Assembly: GCA_040954595.2 (NCBI GenBank)
Contig: CM082577.2
Coordinates: 19,938,303-20,002,302 of the forward strand
DNA: 64,000 nt
Source of the DNA: Balanoglossus misakiensis
Taxonomy: Eukaryota; Animalia; Hemichordata
Direction: 5' to 3'
Under the pieces are notes generated by a model. The model did not search any database. It was not told the origin of the DNA and worked only from the letters and a program-made list of their open reading frames with translations. Shown here one piece after another: positions 36,559 to 48,700 of this stretch (position 1 is its first letter; each line of letters opens with the position of its first letter). The position numbers were made by a program, and so were the translations under genes.

Positions 36559-39500
36559 CTGAGGAGATCAAATTCAGAAAATACATATATTAGATTTCTC
36601 CTTTGGGACACAATGGTGATATCAGTTGCAAAATTAGCCCAAAGTACTTTTCTCATTTAGAAATCGTATAGTGATGGTGAAGTCCAAGGACCATATGAAA
36701 TGACGACTTGTCAAAAAAGAACAAACCAGGTTAATTAGTTAAGGTTGCATTGCACGAAACCGTCAAGACTTTTTCAGATGCCTATTTCTCATCAAAGACA
36801 ACGTTAAAACCCCTATAAACCATACATATTCTGGAAGCTGAGTTTTTGAACTTTTGTTTGAGTTGCACATCTTATTGACCCCCAGAAATGGTGGCGTTTT
36901 TGGGTTAAAAAACCATTTTGTGATATTATGTCATTCAATTGAAATTAGGTAAAAAAGTTGACCATGCATCATGCATCTTAATATGTCATTCGAAACTAGA
37001 GTACACGTGCAAAAAAACGGTAATTTTGTTTTGCGTTATCTGCTTCCATTGAGGAGTAACAGCGTTTGAAAGTTAGATTTTTAGAAAATTTGATCAAATT
37101 CACGGTGAGTTGTATTGAATCAGAGTTTATTCCCGCCAGGGACACTTTATCGACTAACAAAAATACCGTTTTGTTGGAGACACAATCCCCTGTTAAAATT
37201 TGAGCAAATTCGGCCAACGCAGAGCGAAGCTAAATTCTTCTGAAGTTGTCAAGAGCAGCGAAAATGCAAACTGAGAAAAACGACCATTTGCATTGTTGAC
37301 ACCTATTTGTTAAGCTGTGAACTCATTCAGAAAAGTGCTATTTTGGGGTGATTATGCACCATTTCCGCCAAGACGTATTAGTCAGGATGTGGGTCAGTAT
37401 TAGACCTACCGATTTATGTAAAAAAGTAAAATTTGGCAAAAATCACAACTTTTCATGCAATGCCACCTTAAAATGGGCATTAGTTGATACAGAACATGAT
37501 CATATCATGAAACAAGCTGATAGTACATTGTCATTTTACCATTTCGGCTATAAACCTATACTCTGGGTCATCCAATTACAATTACACACACACATACAAG
37601 CACGGGGAGGGGAGAGCGACCAATCAAGAATTTCTGTTCCACAGTTCACCCACTTTCTCCTGCTGCACTTTCTTGTAAAATCAACCAAAGCCAATAATAT
37701 TATAATAATAACTTTTTACCTGTATTTCTCATGCTTTTTAAGATTGTCTGCATAGTATCAGCATCTTTGACATCAATGGCACAAAATGTACCCAAGCCAC
37801 GGCTGGCACTGAAGACTTTGGAATATGTGGTCTACATATGCAATTAAAGTATACACATGATTATTATACATCTGGCACCAATAACAATAGAATTTGGCAA
37901 GCACTATAAGGCGTACGGAACGGTACATACATGTAGGGAATGCATGTTGAATACGCCTACAGTTTCAAGGCGCCCAAACTCACCCTGTATAGGTATGCAC
38001 TGTTAATGCAGACGGTTTCAAGACACCCCACTCCAACATAAACAAAAAAGAAAGATGGCTGCTCACTGTGTACTGTGTTTCAGCCGAGCGGTTACGATCG
38101 ATCGTACTAGCAATTCTTAAGCCAAGTAATATGCAACACAAGAACTAACAGAGATGTAAACTGTATAATAATAAGGTTATTACGAAAATGCCCCAAAGTA
38201 TGCACTCGGACATTAACACAACGCATCACGTACCCTCCGCTATGCGTTGATACGCGGAACTAATGTCCGAGTGCATACTTTGCTGCGTATTTCTGTAAAA
38301 ACCTCAGAATGTTTTGTGCGTAGCATATGCTATTCAGAGAAACAAAACATAACAAGCATAATTTGTTTCCTGTATTTAATTCCATGCCCGAAAGTGGGTT
38401 GTATTTCTCGGAGTCTATTACACAAGTATGATTACAATTTTATGATCCTCGAGTTGACAAATACAAACGGATGCAAATTATTTTGCCGATGTAATATTCC
38501 AAGATGTGATCAGGTAATGTACACAATACCAAAATCAGTCATGACCCTGCGTTAGACCAAGCTATGCCATAACGAAATTATATTACATTCATTGACAAGG
38601 TCATCTGGGAGGCGTCCTATCAGAACAAATCCCTGCCTTTCTCTTAGCTAATTAGCAACTTTTATTTTTGCAGCTTATATAACACCCAATGACCTGAATC
38701 ACAGACCTACAACCAAAGCCATTACACAGCCACAGCCAGTCACACAAGCAATATTAATAGGGGAAGCAGCCCAATGCATGTCTGCAATAAGATAGTGACA
38801 TTACCTCTAAATCCTCCAACTTCTCAAGTAAATAATCTCCTGTATCCTGTGCATTTTGTAGCAAATTATCCTTCTTAATGGCTTCAATCACTTTTTCTAA
38901 TAGGACAACTTTGCTGGGATCTCCCATCCATGTGTTGAATATACGGAAACCCTATTTCAAAGAACAAAAATGAAAAGATGGATGGATGAATGAATGTCTG
39001 TTATTTGTTGGACAGATGTGTATTTTTATTACTTGTCATTACCAGTGAACACTTTTACTAATCTATACCTGATCCACAGCAACCTTGTCACTGTAAAAGA
39101 GACCTCCTGTCAACATCTTTTTGCTGAATGTGACTACATCAGGTGGTGTAGCAAGATTCCAGTGTTCATGTGCCCAAAATTTGCCTGTCACTCCACAACC
39201 TGTCTGGACTTCATCAACAATGAATACCATACCATACTGAAAAACAAAGAAACTACAGTAAGAATCTGTAATAAAATATGGAGGTCACCATGCTTGTTTT
39301 TGAAGTATAAGGCTGTCAATTAAGTTGATTATTGACAAAAACTGCTGAGTCAGCATTTTTTGGCCAGTGGTTTTTCTATGGGGAAAACATTCAACATTTA
39401 GTTTATCTAAAATCTCAAGTGCGGTGACCATACAATTTTATTTGACCACTAAATTTAATGTTATTTGACTGTGCTATGTGTGAAATTTCATAAAAAATGA

Positions 39501-42500
39501 CAGTAGTAAAAGTGAGTTTTCAAGCAATTATCAATGCAATCCTATGAGAAGAGACAAATGCACACACATTTCAGGCCTAGGTAAAAAATATTAGCAAAGC
39601 GTAGAATTGATATCATTGAGCTGCAACAAAAGGCTGTAAAGCAGCAAAATTTGATAATTTAGCTTCGCAACGGATTAGCTATAAAACAACAATTCTGGGG
39701 TAGTCCAGCTGCATCCGCTACTGTAATTTTCCCTGCCATCCCTCCAGAACCTTGTTCATAATTCGCCCCAGACGTATAGTACGTCACAATCTTCGAGATT
39801 TTCCTGAAGTTCAGTGTGATTTCAAAATGGTGACCGGGAGAACAAACACTTGCTTACTGTATGTTTTTCCCAATATATACTAGTTTGAAAGCAAAATTTT
39901 GGAATAAAGATAGCTCGTTCCGGGAGCAATGCATTGGAAAATAGTTGTGCCAAACGATTTTGTTGAACTCTCAATACTTTTGAAGAAAATAATACATACC
40001 TCTTCACATAATAGTTGTAAAGATTGAAAAAAGTCAGCAGATGCATGATTGTCGCCCCCCTCAGCCTGGATTGGTTCAACAACAACCCCAGCAACATTTT
40101 TCCCTTCAGAATTATAAAGTTCCACCAGATTACGGATCTAAATATTATCATAAAGAACACCTGTAAGAAATTGTCAGAATCTTCTACAATATTCGGATAA
40201 ATATTTGGCATCGATATTTTACATTATCTCCTCCTGTGTAATACTATAAGGTTATTCACAAAATACCGGGATTTATGTCCTCGTACATCGTACAGCGGAG
40301 GTATTGTCCGTGAAACGCAGCGTCAATGACAATACCGAAGCGTACGATGTACGAGGACATATTTTGTGAATAACCTTATTATTATACACCTGTTCTAAAC
40401 GTTCTTCATGAACGATAAAGAATAAATTGGCCGCTATCGGACTTTCTAGTTTTTCAGACACCGCCATGATGTTATTTGCATATCGAACGCGCCTTTACCT
40501 TGCGCATCAGGTGATGCTAGTGTCGAACTGCCTGTCTCACGCGCGACGTTCTACGCTGCTTGCGTTGAGCTCGTTCTGGAACTTGAAATGAACGTGCTCG
40601 CCAGTTCGTTCGCAGATTCCTTCGACTGAAATTTCATCGAGGATTTTGACTTATTTCGCATCTTGGGTCACCAATAATTTTGTTTAATAACGGCTGTATA
40701 CTTTTTATATAAACTTTTGTCAGAGTAGGGTTAATTTCATCATTGTTTACATTGATCACCAGTCCTGTGAGGTCAAAGTCACAATGCGTCCAGTAACCCT
40801 GGTGTTATTGGACTCCGCGTCCTCATTTGAATAATTATTGTACGGTGATACCGCGAATTATTGTATTACGGAACTCCATATGTTACAGCAGTAGGTGTAT
40901 AATAATATATCAGACCTAAGGACCTATTAAGTAGCAAGCGAAAGTTTATGTGTGTTTAAACACATGGGCAAACAAGGAGAAATTTTATTTAATGCAGACT
41001 GAAGTATATTGTCTGCACAACTGGAACAGCATATGCTTACTTCATCCAAACACCTCTTCTCCTCAGTCTTATTTTCCTCAGCATACTTTCCAGCTGGATA
41101 TTTCCATCTTGGAAAAGTGGCAACAGGCCAATCAAATGCAGGAAGGTCCAACTTGTGTATTGATTTGGAGTGAGTACAAGTCAGAGCAGCTGTGGTGGAA
41201 GAAAACAATGCATTACAACACAGTGACCATGGACGTAAAAAGAGAAGGACTTAGGACTGTCCTTTGAGCTATTGTTCAGGTGATGGTTGCCACCCCGCTC
41301 CGTTATCTCCTTATACTCCGTAATACTTTAATCGGATTACTTCTGCAATTTATTCAAGAGTGGGTTCGGGTACTATATTCGGTACTGTTCGGGTGTTTCC
41401 GTTGGAGTCAAGCGATCATATAAACATCAGGCTGCATGGAACGCGCATGTGCGTGACCTTTGACTTTGAACCATTGAAGAGATTTGGCCCGTATGCACCA
41501 AATCTACGCTGAAAAAAAACATGAATTGTGTCTTTGGCCAAGCTGGTAGCTCTTGTCATGTAGTCCACAAATTACAACATACATTTAAGGTTTTATGCCG
41601 ATCGAACAGATATTGTAGGCACCGTTTGGTTTACCGGCAATTCCACTCGAAGTCGACGATTGTGGACGCGATCATTTAACGTGTAATCCTATGGCGATAA
41701 AGTAACCGCACATCGCGAAAAATGGCAAAATCCGAACGTGGATAGTGAAAATGGCCATGTGCTTCTGCCTATAAGACGCACATTTTCTGAAAGTTTATTG
41801 CTTCGTCTCCTCTAAAATGCAAAAATTAGACGTAGGACCCTTGTACTTTTAAAGTGAGAGTGATTTTAAAATGTCTTGTTTTTTTAGCATGCTTATAAAG
41901 ATCGGTTCGCCATTTGGTCAAATATGCGTCGATTTTTTCTGTTTTCACTTCTTTATTTCCGTTACATCGAGACAAAAAAATGGTGATAATTTTACAGTAA
42001 TTTACCACTTCTGTTTGACTTGAACAGCAAGTTTTCGTGAGTACTGCTGAGAGTACCCGAGGGGGGGGGGTGTCACTGTGTACGTTGACAGCGGCAACGG
42101 TCACCTGACCTGACGTCAAAGGACAGCGTAGACAAAGAGATCACAATAGGTGTGAATGGGCTTAAGCAGCAGTCCAAAGTCCTTCTCTTTTTACGTCCAT
42201 GCAGTGACTTACTATTAAAGTGAAAATGGTAATTCCAACACAGTGCTTCAAAAAGACTCTTCCTCTACTGATAAATTTAGCATTGCTATCTTTTCAGGGT
42301 TTTTTTTACACAATAATACCACAGTCACACAGGTCAAAATTCGAAATGTTTCAGAGACACTATTTGCCTCTTGTAAACACAGAGCATTAATGCTTTGAGT
42401 CACATGTGTCCACACACACAAAGTGTATGTATAGCGCTGAGGCTTAGTCCCATAGACAATGGGTTGCGGAGAGGTGTTAATCCTTACACCAGCTCTGATC

Positions 42501-42621
42501 TGGCCAGCAAAGCCGTCTCAAATCTGAGACGTTTCAGGACCACTTACACTGTTTATACATAATAATTTACGCCAGTATTTCATCTGAGACGTTTGAGAAA
42601 TGTCTTAATGGTCCCTGTGTG

Positions 42622-42720
<99 letters not shown>

Positions 42721-45700
42721 TACATAACCAATTCCATAAGGTCCCATGGCAAACAGTAACTTCACTGATCATGTAATTAAACAATTCCCTTTTTGTATAA
42801 ATCAAACTGCAGTGGTGTTCTGGCTGTGCTTGCGCACTGAGACTGTTTTTGTTTTGATAAACATTAGAATTTACCCACAAATCCCTGCGATTAATTTTTT
42901 TATAGAATGAACGAAGCAGCCCATCGTAGCGTAGATATGGGACATGACAGCAACTGAAGATCCTAGTTAGGTCATGGAGACTACAGAGGGGTTTGCCCAA
43001 GTAAGCGAGGACGTGTATTACCCATGGTGAGGGCTCGACAAAACGGCATGTACTTGTGCATGAAGGCGCGACATTGCACATTTATACAATATTGGATATT
43101 TATTGTCTAGTATTGATACTTAGGGGTTATTACACGAATTTTGGTCGATAACGCGTCGTATTCGAGTGTTGTCCGTATTTTGACGAGTTGCGCTTCGCAA
43201 CGAGTCAAAATACGGACCATCACGAGAATGCGTCGCCTTATCGACCAAAATTCGTGTAATAACCCCTTTATCATACATGCCTACCTATAAAACAGTACGA
43301 TTTGTGCAAATGCGCCGAGAAAAACGATTTCAAATTTAAACCGTGCGCCCTGGGATCACGGCAGTAGCCATGTTGTGACGTATGACGAGTGGGCAGCTTT
43401 CATGACGATGGGCACGCCGCATTCTAAATAAAATTGTCTACGTTCTCTTTCAAAATATCATGTTAACAATTATTTTGCATTGAGAATTTCGAAGAAGTAA
43501 AAATGATACATTCAACATGGCAAAACCGCCAGCTTTGAAAATGTTATTTCAGCTTCTAATAACCGAATTTTACAACACCCCTCTCCACTAGCGTCCTATG
43601 CCCCATACGTCGCTCGCACACGCAGGAAACTGTCGTGCCGCGCATTCTCAAAAATTGTTCGAGACGCGGAGTGTAATACCGTAAAATATTGCGCTCAGTG
43701 TAATACCGTAAAATATCTTCGTGGAGAGAACAATAGAAAGTGCCAAATACAGGCGTTGCATGTATGATAATAAAAAATATCGTTTTTAGGTCCCATTGGT
43801 ATGTACCATGGGACCTTATGGAATCAGTTGCGTCTGTATGTATGTATGTATGGATGGATGGATGGATGTATGTCTGTATGTCTGTATGTCCGTCCACATC
43901 AAAAACTTGAAAACCGCTGCGCGTATAACCTCGATATTTGGTGTGCAGATGCAGGCAGGGCTGTAGATTGGAGTTTGTTCAAACGAAGTTGTCATTGCCA
44001 AAAATATGCAAATTAGCTGGAAAAACCTCAATTTGGTCAAAACTCAGCTCTAAAACCGCATGACAGATTGCTTTGCAATTTGGTAGGCATGTTCCTAGGG
44101 GTAACCCAAGTAAGTTGTTGCTAAAAAAATTCTGATATTTGCCTAAATGTGTTATTGGGGAAATTTTTTCCAATTTTTGTCAAAAATTGTTTTCTCTGAA
44201 ACCGCGTGCCACATTGCATTGAACTTTGGCAGGCATGTTCCTTATAGTGATTGAAGTAAGATTTTGTACAATTTTGGTGATATTTGCATATTTGTATTTT
44301 TGCCACTTTTGAACAAATATTTTCTTTAAAACTGCTTTTAAATTTTGTTTTTCCTCTGATTGCTTTGAAATTTAGGATACAATTTCATAACACATACATG
44401 TGCAACTTTTATTCAATTCTGATATCAGAAATATTCAATATTTAGTGAGTTTTTTTGTAAGTTTCTTGTTTTTGGTTAGCAAATCTTCTCCTAAACCAAA
44501 TCTTCAGTTGTTTTGAAAGTTACTGTTTACAAGGAGTTGTTACCCCCAACTTGGACATGTTTACATAACTTTTATAGGCTAGCTGTTACACCACCAGCTA
44601 TTAAATTTTTAATTACCAGTGGCAGGTCAGTGAGCGTCTTTGTCTGTCTGTGTGTCTGTTCCAGGGCTGACTGAAAGAAGTTGCTTGTCATATGTGTTTG
44701 TACAGACAATTTTTGGTCAAAAATAAATTTTTCTTGCACTACTTGTAAGACTGCCATGAGACATGATAGTTTATTGGGCATGTTCCTTGTTAATTTTTTT
44801 ATATTCAATATTTCTATGTGGTTAAATCATATCTGCTTGGAATGTCACCTGTAATTTTTATTCTGGTAAGTCCCTATTTCTGCGTAATCCTCAAATGGGA
44901 CCACAGTGTCCTTGACGCTATCTTATCGTCTAGTATCGTCTAATTTATTTCACTAGACACCAGTGCCGGCCAGGGCCTGTTCACCAAGAAAAATACTAGG
45001 CACCCATGTTGCCCATTACATGTAAACCAAGATTGGACACACGTCGTATGTTCAACAAGAAAAATATCCGATACTATCGATATTATCGTCTAGTATCATC
45101 TAATTTTTAAAACTAGACACCCATGTTGCCCATTACATGTAAACCAAGATTGGACACACGTCGTATGTTCAACAAGAAAAATATCCGATACTATCGATAT
45201 TATCGTCTAGTATCGTCTAATTTTTAAAACTAGACACCCATGTTGCCCATTACATGTAAACCAAGATTGGACACACGTCGTATGTTCAACAAGAAAAATA
45301 TCCGATACTATCGATAGTATCGAAAGTTTTTGTTAAAGTATTGTCTACTTTAATGTTTTAGACGATACTAGACGATAGGGTTAGGGTTTAGGGTAAGGGT
45401 TAAGGGTTAGGGTTATGATATTTTTGAGGTCCGACATAGTCGGGAAGCAGGCGAAGTTGTTGTTAGTACTGTCTAGTTTAATGTTTTAGATGATACTAGA
45501 CGATTGTATCGATACTTTTTGAGGTCCAACATTGTCGGGAAGCAGGCAAAGTTGTTGTTAAAGTACTGTCTAGTTTAATGTTTTAGACGATACTAGACGA
45601 TAGTATCGATACTAGCGGATATTTTTGAGGTCCGACATTGTCGTGAAGCAGGCAAAGTTGTTGTTAAAGTACTGTCTAGTTTAATGTTTTAGACGATACT

Positions 45701-48700
45701 AGTCGATAGTATCGATAGTATTGATACTATCGGATATTTTTGAGGTCCGACATTGTCGGGAAGCAGGCAAAGTTGTTGTTAAAGTACTGTCTAGTTTAAT
45801 GTTTTAGACGATACTACACGATAGTATCGATAGTATCGATAGTATCGATACTATCGGATATTTTTGAGGTCCGACATTGTCGGGAAGCAGGCAAAGTTGT
45901 TGTTAAAGTACTGTCTAGTTTAATGTTTTAGACGATACTAGACGATAGTATCGATACTATCGGATATTTTTGAGGTCCGACATTGTCGGGAAGCAGGCAA
46001 AGTTGTTGTTAAAGTACTGTCTAGTTTAATGTTTTAGATGATACTAGACGATTGTATTGATACTTTTTGAGGTCCACCATTGTCGGGAAGCAGGCAAAGT
46101 TGTTGTTAAAGTACTGTCTAGTTTAATGTTTTAGACGATACTAGACGATAGTATGGATACTATCGGATATTTTTGAGGTCCGACATTGTCGGGAAGCAGG
46201 CAAAGTTGTTGTTAAAGTACTGTCTAGTTTAATGTTTTAGACGATACTACACGATAGTATCGATACTATCGGATATTTTTGAGGTCCAACATTGTCGGGA
46301 AGCAGGCAAAGTTGTTGTTAAAGTACTGTCTAGTTTAATGTTTTAGACGATACTACACGATAGTATCGATACTATCGGATATTTTTGAGGTCCAACATTG
46401 TCGGGAAGCAAGCAAAGTTGTTGTTAGTACTGTCTAGTTTAATGTTTTAGACGATACTAGACGATAGTATCGATACTATCGGATATTTTTGAGGTCCGAC
46501 ATTGTCGGGAAGCAGGCAAAGTTGTTGTTAGTACTGTCTAGTTTAATGTTTTAGACGATACTAGACGATAAATATCCGATATCGTATAAATGTGCAATGT
46601 CGCGCTGTCCTCTACTTGTGGAAAGCGATCTAAAGAAGCCAGCCCCGCTATACTACGACTCAAAATAGCTTTAAGGTGGCATTGCATGAAACCGTCGAGA
46701 CTTTTTCAGAGGCCTATTTCTCATCAAAGACAACGTTAAAACCCCCATAAACCATATATATTCTGGAAGCTGAGATTTTGAACTTTTGTTTGAGTTGCAA
46801 ATATTATTGATCCCCGGAAATGGTGGCGATTTTGGGTGAAAAAAAACATTTTTTGATATTATGTCATGAAATTTAAAATAGGTAAAAAAGTTGACCATGC
46901 ATCATGCATCTTAATATGTTATTCGAAACTAGAGTACACATGCAAAAAAACGGTAATTTTGTTTTGCGTTATCTGCTTCCATTGAGGAGTAACAGTGTTT
47001 GAAAGTTAGACTTTTAGTAAAATTTGATCAAATTCACGTTGAGTTGTATTGAATCAGAGTTTATTCCCGCCAGGGACACTTTATCGACTAACAAAAATAC
47101 CGTTTTGTTGGATGGGTCATACACAATCCCCAGTTAAAATTTGAGCAAATTCGGCCAACGCAGAGCGAAGCTATTTTCGTCTGAAGTTGTCAAGAGCAGC
47201 GAAAATGCAAACTGAGAAAAACGGCCATTTGCATCATTGACACCTATTTGTTAAGCTGTGAACTCATTCAGAAAAGTGCTATTTTGGAGTGATTATGCAC
47301 CATTTCCGCCAAGACGTATTAGTCAGGGTGTGGGTCAGTATTAGGCCTACCGATTTATGTAAAAAAGTAAAATTTGGCAAAAATCACAAGTTTTCATGCA
47401 ATGCCACCTTAAAGGCTTTCTATATGGCCCTGCATTGCATTGGGCTTGGCATGTCGGTTAGATTCCGCTGATAAAGCTTATCACACTGTTGTCCTATTCC
47501 AAGTATACTTAGTCAGTCAGCTTCTTGTAGAGATGACCGCAATGTATGGAACAGGTGCTTGAATCACCCTATCGTGTATACCTCTTGCACAAATAATGTT
47601 TTTGCCGAAGAAAGGGAAATAAAATTAAGTGCAAAATTCGGATTTCCAACCTTTTCAGAGTTGGGTCTTCAGCCGATAAGTCCAGGCTGCTGCATGGGTA
47701 GCCCAATAATCCTGTGCGTTCCTGTCGTGGCAGCAGTGTAACGCCAGGAACACACAGACCTGCCCGCTTCCTATGTTATTTGTCAAAAATTAAACCCCTG
47801 AAATGAACTTTCAGCTGACCTGGGCTGCCGTAAAACCAATGCAAACTTGACATTGACTTGTGTATGTACATGTACCTACGGTCATGACTCTAGCTTTGCT
47901 GGAGCAGTTGCTTTGTTCAGTTCATGCCGAGTGCAGTGTTGGGTTATGTCTGTGAACAGGAATGTGTGTTTCCTATCCGTGCGTACAGGTCTGTTTGTTC
48001 CAGGTCCTGTAACACCAGGAACACACAACTAAGAGTTGTCGACTTCTTTTGGATGTAAAACCAAAGCTTTTACTGCTGTACTAGTTCACATTTATATGGC
48101 ACATTGATATGACAGTCATCAGTTATAAAGGGGCATCACATCGTGCGATGGTCAGGGGTCCTAACGGTTTGAATGCGGCAGTCTTACTGACAATATGATG
48201 CACATACTATCATGCTAGCTCATACTATCACTATCGTAATGTCGTCTTATGTCAGTTCTTCTGACACCATCCTCTCTTGCACATAACACATATTGTCACC
48301 ATGGAAGATGAAATTGTACTGCTGGTGAAACTTGCTAAACTTTCATCCGTAGTCGCCATTTTTACTTTACAGAGATCAGCGAGGCATTCTGGCACATATT
48401 CTCACCCATGGGGGACACCAACACGCGCAAGCGTGGCGCGATGACCTCTTCATAAAACATATGGTTAAAATAATAATTCTTACCAAATGTTCTTCCATGA
48501 AATCCTCCTTTGAATGATAAAATGGAGTATTGAACTGATCCAGGAGCCTGCAGGATAAAACCAAGACAACACTAATGGAACTAGCAATTCTCCAACACAG
48601 ACTTCTAACAACACCTAATGGGATAAAATTGTTGTATAATTTTGCTACAATTTTAGAGTTTTTGACAGAATTAAACTTTTCTTGAAGAAACTTTACTCTT

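Noticed and set aside
36996-37755. Recurrent ORFs [10 protein letters not shown]... and [10 protein letters not shown]... (also 47289, 49556)
   Set aside because: They are chance ORFs in multicopy TTAA MITEs.
42567-43081. (CV)n ORFs
   Set aside because: They are translations of the (CA)n repeat.
45377-45414. True telomere or chromosome fusion site
   Set aside because: Only about 6 degenerate units in one orientation, inside an intron of a colinear gene.
45417-46571. CRISPR-like repeat array
   Set aside because: Whole units are repeated with no variable spacers, there are no cas genes, and the context is a eukaryotic intron.
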